Shown here in pieces: positions 35,420 to 44,157 of a stretch of DNA of 64,000 bases. Origin of the DNA: an uncultured Prevotellaceae bacterium (GTDB lineage Bacteria > Bacteroidota > Bacteroidia > Bacteroidales > Bacteroidaceae); the NCBI GenBank assembly GCA_902792635.1, contig CADBAG010000018.1, positions 3,379 through 67,378 on the forward strand, in the 5' to 3' direction. Within the stretch, counting starts at the first letter, position 1. Every line of letters starts with the position of its first letter. Position numbers and translations under genes: made by a program. The notes under the pieces were generated by a model that saw only the letters and a program-made list of their open reading frames with translations, did no database searches and was not told the origin of the DNA.

Positions 35420-35740
35420 CACAACAGCATTGTTGTGCTGTTCATCCTTGGCGCCATAAAGCAGCGTCACCTTATCGTGCTGACGCAGTTCGTCTAGGAT
35501 CGGAGCAACCTCGGGATTGGCCTTCAGTTCCTCTACATATTTCTTTGAGAACTCCTCGAAACGCTCGGGGATATGGTTGAACCACTTACGCAGTTCTGCA
35601 GAGGGTGCGAGCGCTTTGGCCCATAGGTCAATCTTCGCATTCTCTTTCTTGATGCCGCACGGCCAAAGCCGATCTACGAGCACGCGGTAACCGTCACTGT
35701 CTTCAGCAGGCAGGTAGACCCTTTTGATGCTGATGTTCAT
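35396..35740 (-). CDS. DUF488-family protein (YeaO-like)
   Basis: IKRVY, RVLVDRLWP.GIKKE, APSAELRKWF and HNNAVVL motifs. Its 3' end overlaps the Crp/Fnr gene by 24 bp. Confidence 0.9.
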   Translation of the reverse strand: MNISIKRVYLPAEDSDGYRVLVDRLWPCGIKKENAKIDLWAKALAPSAELRKWFNHIPERFEEFSKKYVEELKANPEVAPILDELRQHDKVTLLYGAKDEQHNNAVVLLHLLSV

Positions 35741-35746
35741 TATCTG

Positions 35747-36295
35747 TTATTGATTCTCACGTTCCATTCTCAGAGCCATCGGGAAGAGCACCTCGTTCTC
35801 TACCCAGATATGCTCAAGCAACCAGTCGCGGAACTCACGAAGCCGGTCCAAGACTTGCTGATACTGTGGCTCAGCGCCTTCTGGTGCCGTATAGTTGTTG
35901 GTCAACTCAGCGATGCGCTCATGACGGCTCATCTCATCATCGTGCTCCATCATCATCTTCTGGATAGGAGCCTGGATAGTACCGCAATGGAACGGAGCAA
36001 TATGCTGACCGGCCTCATGAGCGTTGTACATCTCCATGATATAAGGATAGAGCACCTGCTCCTCCTTCATGCAGTGGTTGTCAAGGTCCTGGATACTGTT
36101 ACGGAAATGATCCGCCACCTTGTCGAGCTCGTGATGGCGGCTGTCCACATCGAGCAACAAGTTGTAAATCTCCGCACCATACTTGCGTGTGTTGCGGTGA
36201 TGAAACTTCAAAACATAGTCGACCAACAAGTCGAGGTCCCACTTCTCGAAAGGTATTCCTTTTGCAATCTCCGGTTTATTCATTTTATCTAACAT
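35747..36295 (-). CDS. Hemerythrin-domain protein, RIC/YtfE/ScdA-like, without the N-terminal ScdA_N domain
   Basis: Di-iron ligand pattern FHH, HCMKEEQVLYP, EHDDE and HIWVENEVLFP. Confidence 0.85.
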   Translation of the reverse strand: MLDKMNKPEIAKGIPFEKWDLDLLVDYVLKFHHRNTRKYGAEIYNLLLDVDSRHHELDKVADHFRNSIQDLDNHCMKEEQVLYPYIMEMYNAHEAGQHIAPFHCGTIQAPIQKMMMEHDDEMSRHERIAELTNNYTAPEGAEPQYQQVLDRLREFRDWLLEHIWVENEVLFPMALRMERENQ

Positions 36296-36319
36296 TAAGT
36301 TCTACGATATTTGGTTCAC

Positions 36320-36348
36320 CGTAGGGGCGGCCCTTGTGGCCGTCCTAC
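36320..36348. repeat. GTAG-family REP hairpin
   Basis: cgtaggggcggcccttgtggccgtcctac is a near-exact reverse complement of 49851-49881. Confidence 0.85.
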
Positions 36349-36387
36349 CATTCGCTTGCAAAGGTAACCATAAACGCTTAACAGCAC

Positions 36388-36405
36388 CGGTAACAATTGT
36401 TATCC
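36388..36405. promoter_or_regulatory. Crp/Fnr-type dyad site upstream of the ric promoter
   Basis: Perfect palindrome TAACAATTGTTA (36391-36402), centred about 30 nt upstream of a minus-strand TACCTTTG box (36359-36366). Confidence 0.6.
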
Positions 36406-36460
36406 GATGCCGTTAAACATTATAAAAAAGTGATTCTTCCGGTTTTCGGATTGCTACTAC

Positions 36461-36731
36461 AGTCAACCTCGAAGAGGTTGTACATGAGTAGCCCCAGGTA
36501 AGGAGCGCAGCGACGCAACCTGGGGCTTCGGCCCAGTGTATTTTCGTTGCAATCCGGCCTCGAAGAGGGCGAACATGGACGAGATGCTGGTTATAGTTGG
36601 TGGGTTTTTAAACCATGTTCGCCCTCTTCGAGGCCGGTATTCAGGTTATCTGCACCCATCCACCACCCCACGTTTCGGCTGTGCCTCACGTGGGGCTAAC
36701 CATGTAGCACCTCTCCGAGGTGCGGGCGCTC
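36461..36731. mobile_element. REP/MITE-like multi-hairpin element, copy 2 (inverted relative to copy 1)
   Basis: Same order of hairpins and shared linkers, e.g. cctgaataccggcctcgaagagggcgaacatggtttaaa. Confidence 0.8.
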
Positions 36732-36745
36732 AAAAACATTAATTG

Positions 36746-37612
36746 CTATCCTATCGTGATGACATACTCGCTCATGAAGCTGCTGCCGGGGAGGAGCTGG
36801 TTCATGAGGTAACGGTCCTTGATGTCGCCGTCATACTCTGCCCAGTCGGAGACGCCATACCACGGCTCGACACAGATGAAAGGAGCGTGCTTGCCGCACG
36901 GAGTCCAGAGACCTACAGCCGGTGTTTTGATGTCGAGTGCCACATGTGTCTTACCAGTCTCATCGAGCAGTTCGATATGACGGAGCTGACTGTGGTCAAA
37001 GACGATAGCGTCGTCCTTGAAACTGTCTTCCGTAAAGTGGAACAGGCCATTGTCGGTCTCTACCTTGTGGTAGCCCTTAGCCAGACAACCTTCTACGTTG
37101 GCATAGAGGCGCATCGGCTCAGGATTATCAAAACGCAGCGTACCCTTCACAGGCTCACCAGCCTTGGCTCCGGGAATACGAAAAGCCGGATGGCCGCCAA
37201 TCTGGAAATAGATGATCTTATCATCCGTGTTCTCCACATGCCACACCACGTGAATCTTGTTGTCGACGAGCTTATAACTCACAGCAAGGTTAAAATGATA
37301 AGGATAGACCTTCATCGTCTCAGGCGTGTCGTGCAAGCCATAAACGACCTGCTCATCGCCCTTGGCAAGGAGCGTGAAGTCGGTGTCGCGTGCGAAGCCG
37401 TGACGCGAGAGATGATATTCCTTCCCGTTGACACGATAAGTATCTTTCCACAGGCCGCAGACTATCGGGAAGAGAATCGGTGAGCGACGGGGCCAGTAAG
37501 CCGGATCACCCTGCCAAAGATATTCTTCACCACCATTGTCCTTTATACTCTGGAGCTCCGCTCCATGCTCAGAGACCTCTACTTTTAACTTATCATTTTT
37601 GATCGTTTCCAT
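36746..37612 (-). CDS. Aldose 1-epimerase family protein (LacX-like)
   Basis: YLWQGD, SPILFP, HGFARD, GGHPAF and FICVEPW motifs. Confidence 0.9.
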   Translation of the reverse strand: METIKNDKLKVEVSEHGAELQSIKDNGGEEYLWQGDPAYWPRRSPILFPIVCGLWKDTYRVNGKEYHLSRHGFARDTDFTLLAKGDEQVVYGLHDTPETMKVYPYHFNLAVSYKLVDNKIHVVWHVENTDDKIIYFQIGGHPAFRIPGAKAGEPVKGTLRFDNPEPMRLYANVEGCLAKGYHKVETDNGLFHFTEDSFKDDAIVFDHSQLRHIELLDETGKTHVALDIKTPAVGLWTPCGKHAPFICVEPWYGVSDWAEYDGDIKDRYLMNQLLPGSSFMSEYVITIG

Positions 37613-37643
37613 GATTTGTTGTTAGATTAAGATTAGTAATGCT

Positions 37644-37755
37644 ATTGGCCGACACGTGACAACCAATTGGCCGACACGTGACAACCAATTGGCCGACACG
37701 TGACAACCAATTGGCCGACACGTGACAACCGACTGGCTGTCACGTGTCAGCCAAT
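37644..37755. repeat. Four near-perfect 22-bp tandem units plus one inverted unit
   Basis: attggccgacacgtgacaacca starts at 37644, 37666, 37688 and 37710. An inverted copy with 2 mismatches lies at 37735-37755. Confidence 0.95.
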
Positions 37756-37760
37756 GGCGA

Positions 37761-37961
37761 TTACTTGTTTTTATGTTGACTTTTGCGGTTTGCCCGCTGC
37801 TCTCTGTACTTAGCTTTCTGCTTCGCTGAGCCTGAGCCGTGGGCACCCGTGATATATTTTTTCTTCTTGGCTTTGGTTTTCACCTTGTCGTCGGTCTGTT
37901 TTGGGCCCGACGCTTTCTTGAAGGTAATACCATTGACAAGAATATCCTCGAAATCATCCAT
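37761..37961 (-). CDS. Small Lys-rich hypothetical protein (66 aa)
   Basis: Starts 10 bp after the AICAR transformylase stop. Acidic N-terminus and basic C-terminus with YITGAHGSGSAKQKAKYR. Confidence 0.7.
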   Translation of the reverse strand: MDDFEDILVNGITFKKASGPKQTDDKVKTKAKKKKYITGAHGSGSAKQKAKYREQRANRKSQHKNK

Positions 37962-37971
37962 ATGTAAGAGA

Positions 37972-39153
37972 TTAGTGGTGGAACAGACGCACGTGGGTCA
38001 TTGCCATGGCGATGTCGTACTTGTCGCAGGTCTCAATGACATTGTCGTCACGGATAGAGCCACCTGCCTGTGCAATATATTTCACTCCACTCTTGTGCGC
38101 ACGCTCGATGTTGTCGCCGAAGGGGAAGAAAGCATCGGAACCGAGACATACGTTTGTGTTCTTGGCGATCCACTCTTTCTGCTCAGGGCGGGTGAACGGC
38201 TCGGGCTGTTCTGTAAACCACTGCTGCCAGGCACCGTCACGCAACACATCCTCATACTCCTCAGAGAGATAGACGTTGATGCAGTTGTCGCGGTCGGCAC
38301 GGCGGATATGATCCTTGAACGGGAGGTTGAGCACCTTCGGGCTCTGACGCATCCACCACTCATCAGCCTTGCTACCTGCCAAGCGTGTGCAGTGGATACG
38401 GCTCTGCTGACCGGCACCGATACCGATAGCCTGACCGTCCTTTGTGTAGCAAACGGAGTTGGACTGCGTATACTTCAGTGTGATGAGCGCAATCTTCAGG
38501 TCACGCAGAGCTTCCGGTGTGAACGTCTTGTTCTTTGTCGGCACATCCTCGAAGAGCTTCGGATCAGAGAGGTCCACATTGTTGCGGCCCTGCTCAAAGG
38601 TGATGCCGAAGACCTGCTTGTGCTCAATGGGATCTGGCACATAGTCGGGGTCGATCTTGATAACGCAGTAAGTACCCTTGCGCTTTGCCTTGAGAATCTC
38701 CAGGGCCTCAGGGGTGTAACCCGGTGCGATGACACCGTCGCTCACCTCACGCTTGATCAGGCGGGCTGTTGCCTCATCGCATGTATCGCTCAGTGCGCAG
38801 AAGTCACCGTAGGAGCACATACGGTCAGCACCACGGGCACGGGCATAAGCATTAGCCAACGGCGTCAGCTCAAAGTCGATATCGTCGACGAAGTAGATCT
38901 TCTTCAGCGTATCGCTCAGCGGCAAACCGACAGCAGCACCGGCAGGGCTGACATGTTTGAACGAAGCAGCAGCGGGCAGACCCGTAGCAGCCTTGAGCTC
39001 CTTCACAAGCTGCCAGGAGTTGAGGGCATCGAGAAAGTTGATGTAACCGGCACGGCCGTTGATAACCTCAACGGGCAGTTCTCCATGTTCCATGTAGATG
39101 CGGGCGGGCTTCTGATTAGGGTTGCACCCGTACTTTAGTGCGTATTCCTTCAT
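37972..39153 (-). CDS. purH: Stand-alone AICAR transformylase (PurH C-terminal domain only)
   Basis: Starts at LKYGCNPNQ and has SFKHVSPAGAA, KYTQSNSV, GAGQQSRI and SDAFFPF. The N-terminal IMP cyclohydrolase domain is absent. Confidence 0.92.
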   Translation of the reverse strand: MKEYALKYGCNPNQKPARIYMEHGELPVEVINGRAGYINFLDALNSWQLVKELKAATGLPAAASFKHVSPAGAAVGLPLSDTLKKIYFVDDIDFELTPLANAYARARGADRMCSYGDFCALSDTCDEATARLIKREVSDGVIAPGYTPEALEILKAKRKGTYCVIKIDPDYVPDPIEHKQVFGITFEQGRNNVDLSDPKLFEDVPTKNKTFTPEALRDLKIALITLKYTQSNSVCYTKDGQAIGIGAGQQSRIHCTRLAGSKADEWWMRQSPKVLNLPFKDHIRRADRDNCINVYLSEEYEDVLRDGAWQQWFTEQPEPFTRPEQKEWIAKNTNVCLGSDAFFPFGDNIERAHKSGVKYIAQAGGSIRDDNVIETCDKYDIAMAMTHVRLFHH

Positions 39154-39241
39154 TATTAATATAGATTTAATCTTTCTTGTGGCAAAGGTAACAAAAAAAG
39201 TCGTATCTTTGCCACGCGTTATAGAAAAAGTATGTGAGAAA

Positions 39242-39532
39242 ATGAAAAGGGACTTAAAACTGCTCTTTCAGGAAGCAGGAAAGAAGGTCAAAGAGGGAGA
39301 ACATGAGATTGGCCACGACTTGGATGGTCTTTCCAAAAAGTTGGAGAGGCACCATATCAATCTGAGCGTGGCGTCATTGAAAAAGCTGATGGAGCTCGTC
39401 ACCGGTAAGCGCAAACTCTCGCCGGCCGCCAAGAACCGTCTGGCGCTCTTCGCCGGTTTCCAGACATGGGATGATCTCGACGAAGCCTTGCATGGGGAAG
39501 CCGATGGAGATGAGAACTATGCAGTGAGATAA
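39242..39532 (+). CDS. Hypothetical helical protein, divergent from purH
   Basis: ATG at 39242 follows a TATCTTTG box (39204-39211). The ORF-track extension upstream overlaps purH. Confidence 0.65.
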   Translation: MKRDLKLLFQEAGKKVKEGEHEIGHDLDGLSKKLERHHINLSVASLKKLMELVTGKRKLSPAAKNRLALFAGFQTWDDLDEALHGEADGDENYAVR

Positions 39533-39538
39533 GACAAT

Positions 39539-39573
39539 AAAAGCATGACATTCGAAAGAATGCCATGCTTTTT
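39539..39573. terminator. Bidirectional terminator
   Basis: aaaagcatg-a-cattc-gaaa-gaatg-c-catgctttt lies between convergent genes. Confidence 0.8.
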
Positions 39574-39596
39574 GTTTCTTAACGAAGAGGAGGAGA

Positions 39597-39956
39597 TTAC
39601 TCGCCTGCAACGACGCGCTTCTCCTGAATGCGTGCAGCCTTACCTGTGAGCTTGCGCAGATAGTAAAGCTTAGAACGACGCACCTTACCATGCTTGTTAA
39701 CCTCGATGTGGTCGATAGCGGGAGACTCAGCAGGGAAGATACGCTCTACACCCACTGTTCCTGACATCTTACGCACGGTGAAGCGCTTCTTGTCTCCATG
39801 ACCGCTGATCTTGATAACGATACCGCGGTAGAGCTGGATACGCTCCTTTGAACCCTCGACGATTTTGTAAGCGACAGTGATCGTGTCACCTGCCTTGAAT
39901 GCAGGAATCTGCTTGCCGGTTGCAAATGCTTCCTCAGCAACTTTAATTAAATCCAT
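39597..39956 (-). CDS. rplS: 50S ribosomal protein L19
   Basis: [31 protein letters not shown] and [11 protein letters not shown]. Start at MDLIK (39956). Confidence 0.97.
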   Translation of the reverse strand: MDLIKVAEEAFATGKQIPAFKAGDTITVAYKIVEGSKERIQLYRGIVIKISGHGDKKRFTVRKMSGTVGVERIFPAESPAIDHIEVNKHGKVRRSKLYYLRKLTGKAARIQEKRVVAGE

Positions 39957-40154
39957 TTTGATTGTAATGATTAAATGTTGTCCGTCGCTCCAACCCGACA
40001 TAGCCTGAGGACTCTTCCCTCAACCAGCGGTCAGGCCGAAAAGCGGTGCAAAGGTACTGACTTTTAATGGAATAGCGAAACAGCAACGGCTTTTTCTTTA
40101 TTTTTTAACAGTTGTTTCTCTTTCTACAACCGTTTCAATACCGCACAGGAGTTC

Positions 40155-40985
40155 TTAACGCCGCACATGGCTTTTCAATGCCGGCACTTCCTTGCCGATT
40201 GCCTTTGCAAGGGCTTTCGCCATGACACGAGCACCATATATATTATAATGTGTATTGTCCTGCCGACCCTTGGGTGCCCACGAATACTTTCCAGGTTCTA
40301 CCCACATGTGAAGCTTGCGAGAGCCCTCCACACCGAGTTTCTGCTCAATGTCGTGGGAGATCTTGTTGGCATCGACGAAAGGCACACCGTATTGCTTAGC
40401 CACGCGCTGGGCCACATAGCGATAGGCTCCATGGGTATCGACAAGCGTGTCGGAGTTGACATGCTCACCTTTAAACGTTGTCTCGCGGAGTTTCTCGTCG
40501 TCATCCTGCTTCGCAGGCATTAAGTAAAAATTGCGACGCGTCATAGGACTCATCAAGATAGGCGTGGCTCCCTTGGCCTTCGTCTCAATGACATACTGAG
40601 CAAGATGGGCATCGAACGTGGTGCCGACATCCGTATGGCGGTCCGGCTTCGGCTTCTCATCATTGTGTCCAAACTGGATGATGACATAATCGCCGGGCTT
40701 GACCTTGTCGATAACTTTCTTCCAACGGCCTTCTGAATAGAAGGAGCGTGACGAGCGGCCATTGACCGCATGATTCTCTACACGCACCCCATCGTCGAAG
40801 AACTCTTGAAGCATCATGCCCCATCCGCGTTCTATCTTGCCCTGTGTCGTATCTTTCTGCGCTGCTGTAGAATCGCCGATGATATAAATGACGGGTGTGT
40901 TAGGCTCAAAAGCCATCAACAAGAAGGCAACAGAGACAATAGTTGCTGCCACTAAAGAAGTAAATCGTTTCATCTTTTCAATCAA
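40155..40985 (-). CDS. Rhamnogalacturonan acetylesterase-like SGNH/GDSL esterase
   Basis: IGDST, GWG, NHAVNGRSSRSF, IQFGHND and DNTH motifs. The start may be at 40973. Confidence 0.88.
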   Translation of the reverse strand: MIEKMKRFTSLVAATIVSVAFLLMAFEPNTPVIYIIGDSTAAQKDTTQGKIERGWGMMLQEFFDDGVRVENHAVNGRSSRSFYSEGRWKKVIDKVKPGDYVIIQFGHNDEKPKPDRHTDVGTTFDAHLAQYVIETKAKGATPILMSPMTRRNFYLMPAKQDDDEKLRETTFKGEHVNSDTLVDTHGAYRYVAQRVAKQYGVPFVDANKISHDIEQKLGVEGSRKLHMWVEPGKYSWAPKGRQDNTHYNIYGARVMAKALAKAIGKEVPALKSHVRR

Positions 40986-41055
40986 TTTTTCATTAATTCA
41001 TTATTTCAATCTTTCATTTTTTCAATCTGTTCCGGTTTTCGGATTGATAGTGTGG

Positions 41056-41282
41056 TACAGCCTCGGAGAGGCTGACTCTGCATAACCCCAGGCAAGGAGC
41101 GCAGCGACGTAGCCTGGGGTATGTTAGGTTAATGGATCGTATCATACGAAACATTGCGCGCCAAGGCGCAGTCAGCCTCTCCGAGGCTGGCATTCAGGTA
41201 TTCCACATGCGACCTACTCCCCAGGCTGCGTCGCTACGCTCCTTGCCTGGGGTTAGAAAGAGTGTGCCTCTCCGAGGCACTT
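41056..41282. mobile_element. REP/MITE-like multi-hairpin element, shorter variant 3
   Basis: CCTC-GGA-GAGG hairpins at 41058, 41173 and 41264. The ccccagg..aaggagcgcagcgacg..cctgggg hairpin occurs direct at 41086 and inverted at 41219. Confidence 0.8.
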
Positions 41283-41312
41283 ATCAACCCGAAAAGAGAA
41301 CCTTTCATTCTC

Positions 41313-42149
41313 TCAATTTTTCAATATTAAAGCCATTTCCCCGATATATATGCCGCTCTTGCCGTTTTGATCGTCGGGCACCGGCTTGCCATCGAGGTTG
41401 TTGACATAGCGAAGCTGCTTGAAATAGGTGTGGCTATGACCACCAAGCACGAGGTCTATGCCGCGCGTGTGGCTAATAACCTCCTGGTCACCCATACCCT
41501 TCTCTTCCCAGCCAAGGTGCGAGATGCAGATGACGAGGTCGCAGTGCTTCTTTTTTAAGATGTCTGCCATCTCCTGCGCCGTCTTTACGGGGTCGAGATA
41601 CTCCGTGGAGCGATAGTTCTTGTGGTCAACCAATCCGTCGAGCTGCGGCGAAAGGCCGAAGACGCCGATCTTCAAACCATTACGCTTAAGGATGACGTAT
41701 GGCTTGACAATCTTATCAAGGTCATACTCATGAAAACGATAGTTGGCGCAGACAATGGGGAAGTTGAGACGTTTGAACACACGCGCCAAGTTCTCCAAAC
41801 CGAAGTCGAACTCATGGTTGCCAATCGTGCCGGCATCATAATGCATCATATTCATCAGCCCGGTCTCGACATCGCCCTTGAACAAGGTGTAGTAAGGTGA
41901 GCCTTGACAGAAGTCGCCACTGTCGAAGAGCAACAAGTTCGGGTCCTTCTCCCGTTCTTCCTTCAGCATGGCGATACGACGCAGAAACCCACCGCGCCCG
42001 GCTTGCAGCGTATCAGCAAGATGGGTGGACAGCGGCATGATGCAACTGTGCGTATCGTTGGTATGGAGAATGGTCAAGTGCTTCTGAGCATAGAGCACGA
42101 CATTGCCGCAAAGCAGCAACAATATAAGTAAATATTTTGCAGTCTTCAT
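41313..42149 (-). CDS. 5'-nucleotidase N-terminal metallophosphoesterase domain protein
   Basis: HTNDTHS, DSGDFCQG, GNHEFD, SHLG and GGHSH motifs. Confidence 0.92.
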   Translation of the reverse strand: MKTAKYLLILLLLCGNVVLYAQKHLTILHTNDTHSCIMPLSTHLADTLQAGRGGFLRRIAMLKEEREKDPNLLLFDSGDFCQGSPYYTLFKGDVETGLMNMMHYDAGTIGNHEFDFGLENLARVFKRLNFPIVCANYRFHEYDLDKIVKPYVILKRNGLKIGVFGLSPQLDGLVDHKNYRSTEYLDPVKTAQEMADILKKKHCDLVICISHLGWEEKGMGDQEVISHTRGIDLVLGGHSHTYFKQLRYVNNLDGKPVPDDQNGKSGIYIGEMALILKN

Positions 42150-42150
42150 A

Positions 42151-42924
42151 TTATTCTACGTTTACTCTTCCTTCTACTTTCGTGTCAGCGGCTTTCCCCT
42201 GCGCCTTGAGATGCTTGAAATAATTGACAATGATATATCGCACGTCGTGAGCCTCATCATCAGGCGACACAGCATCGGTCTTGTCCTTAAATGCCGTCAG
42301 CCCGTCATTGCCCTGAGCCAGATAGTCGAGGGTAGCGATGCGGTAGCTCTTCTGCGGATCAACGGGAGCACCATTGACCGTCACCGACTTCAGTGTGCCG
42401 TCTTTTGTGATGGTCATCCGCACGCTGTGGCTTACGCCCTCTCCGCCGCGCACTGCCATCTCCTGGAAGAGCTGAAGCGTCTTCTCACCGGAGAGCGTCA
42501 GGAAGCAGATATGATTTTCAAAGGGTGCCACATTGAGCACATCGCCATAGGTAATATCGCCTTGAGGCAGCGAGGCACGGATACCGCCCATGTTATAGAC
42601 ACCGAAGTCGGGTTTCTCATTAAACTCTTCCCCACCCCACACAAGGATGTCGGCAAGGAGATTGCTGAGGTTGCTCTCCGGCTGATGGGCTATCATAGGC
42701 TCAGCGGTACTACCTACCACAGGTTTCATCAGCGAGTCGACGGTATGCTCGTAAGGCTTGATGAAATCCGCAGCGGCGGCATCTGGATGAGCATCATAAC
42801 GGTTATCGATCAGAATGCGTGTTCTGTCTATACTCGTAAGATGATAAGGAGTATGACAGGACGCTGTCAAGAGGAGCAGCGTTACAAAAGGCAAGGAGCC
42901 CTTAATTAAATTAGTATGTCGCAT
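42151..42924 (-). CDS. 5'-nucleotidase C-terminal-domain lipoprotein
   Basis: Lipobox TASC, ESNLSNLLAD, NMGGIRA, PFENH and TLDYLAQGNDG motifs. Confidence 0.88.
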   Translation of the reverse strand: MRHTNLIKGSLPFVTLLLLTASCHTPYHLTSIDRTRILIDNRYDAHPDAAAADFIKPYEHTVDSLMKPVVGSTAEPMIAHQPESNLSNLLADILVWGGEEFNEKPDFGVYNMGGIRASLPQGDITYGDVLNVAPFENHICFLTLSGEKTLQLFQEMAVRGGEGVSHSVRMTITKDGTLKSVTVNGAPVDPQKSYRIATLDYLAQGNDGLTAFKDKTDAVSPDDEAHDVRYIIVNYFKHLKAQGKAADTKVEGRVNVE

Positions 42925-42934
42925 GAAATAATTA

Positions 42935-43675
42935 TTATTCGAAATAGAACGTAAGCACTATCATCTTAGAATGGGCCTGATTGACTGAGTTGGCGAAGGG
43001 CCGCATCGTAGCATCGCGTAGGCGTTGAGCATGGTCGGTGTCGAGACTGTTAGTCAAGCCGAACATGAACTTCAGCTCGGGACGAAGTTTGAAATAAGGC
43101 AGATAGAAATCGCAGCCCACACCCGTCTCGAAGAAGACATCGTAGCGCTTAAGCTTGAGGATATCGTCGTTTCGCCCACTAAGGTTAATGACCGGGCTCA
43201 GGCCTGCCATGAGATAAGGCCGATGGTTACCAGCACGCTTAGAGGCGTAGATGATGTCGGCAGAACAAGAGATATAGATAGTCTTGAGATTCTGAGTGCG
43301 GCTTCGCAAACTGTCAGGAGCCTGAGGATCATTGTTGTGGAAGGTCACATGTCGGCTGCCAAAATAGAGAGCGGGGGCAAGGCGGAATGAGAAGTAGTCG
43401 TTCAGGCGTGCCTCACCGAGCACACCTACATTAAAACCATTGTCCCATGAGTCTTGGTCAGCGGTAATCGTATACGACTGAGTAGATCCATCATCAAGTG
43501 TAATGGTCTGCGGCCCGACATTCAGCAGTTCCATATCTTGCAGGTGTGTTCCCACAAGGATACCGAAATGGAACGGCCGCAAATCCGTATACGGCCGATT
43601 CTGCACCGTGCGGTCCTGAGCATAGGCACAAGCACAGAGCAACAAAGCGAAAATGGAGCAAACAAGACTCTTCAT
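42935..43675 (-). CDS. porT: PorT/SprT-family outer-membrane beta-barrel (type IX secretion)
   Basis: QNRPYTDLRPFHFG, GFNVG, DFYLPYFKLRPELKF and terminal FYFE. Confidence 0.8.
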   Translation of the reverse strand: MKSLVCSIFALLLCACAYAQDRTVQNRPYTDLRPFHFGILVGTHLQDMELLNVGPQTITLDDGSTQSYTITADQDSWDNGFNVGVLGEARLNDYFSFRLAPALYFGSRHVTFHNNDPQAPDSLRSRTQNLKTIYISCSADIIYASKRAGNHRPYLMAGLSPVINLSGRNDDILKLKRYDVFFETGVGCDFYLPYFKLRPELKFMFGLTNSLDTDHAQRLRDATMRPFANSVNQAHSKMIVLTFYFE

Positions 43676-43910
43676 ATTAAAGACAACGCTAATATTATTA
43701 TAATATTGTGCAAGTAACCATCTTTAGGTATGCCTATCCCACACAAATGTTAAATCTGAAAAAAATCTCTCACCATTTGTAGGTATTCCAGCAAAAGTGA
43801 TTATCTTTGCAAAACCGAAATAAGGGAAGCCAGCCTAAAAGCCGTAAGGCACCTATGAGGTAAGCAACGATTATACAAAAACATTATTAATTTTCTAAAC
43901 TTACAAAATT

Positions 43911-44081
43911 ATGGCATACGTAATTGGTGACAACTGTGTTGCATGTGGAACATGTATCGATGAGTGCCCCGTAGGCGCTATCTCTGAGGGCGATATCTAT
44001 CACATCAACCCCGATATGTGCACAGAGTGCGGCACATGCGCTTCTGTTTGCCCCAACGAGGCAATCAGCCTTCCTGAGTAA
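43911..44081 (+). CDS. 2[4Fe-4S] ferredoxin, 56 aa (absent from the ORF track)
   Basis: Translated by hand: MAYVIGDNCVACGTCIDECPVGAISEGDIYHINPDMCTECGTCASVCPNEAISLPE. It has two CxxCxxCxxxCP motifs. Confidence 0.97.
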   Translation: MAYVIGDNCVACGTCIDECPVGAISEGDIYHINPDMCTECGTCASVCPNEAISLPE

Positions 44082-44105
44082 ATCATTTACTTTTTAAGGA
44101 TACGA

Positions 44106-44139
44106 AAATCCCCGGTTCTGAGCTCAGAACCGGGGATTT
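44106..44139. terminator. Perfect 34-bp palindrome, likely bidirectional terminator
   Basis: aaatccccggttctgag|ctcagaaccggggattt lies between convergent genes. Confidence 0.8.
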
Positions 44140-44157
44140 CTTATTCTTATGATATCG

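Noticed and set aside
36536-36742. ORFs inside repeats (36536..36742, 41132..41404, 37622..37846, 54885..55340)
   Set aside because: They are read-throughs of palindromic or tandem repeats with no coding signature.
37644-37755. Possible CRISPR array
   Set aside because: The units are contiguous with no spacers, and there are no cas genes. The same holds for the other two 22-bp arrays.
41313-42924. Split 5'-nucleotidase as a frameshifted pseudogene
   Set aside because: Each half has its own start and signal or lipobox sequence, and the two-gene form is the arrangement I recall as usual in Bacteroidota.
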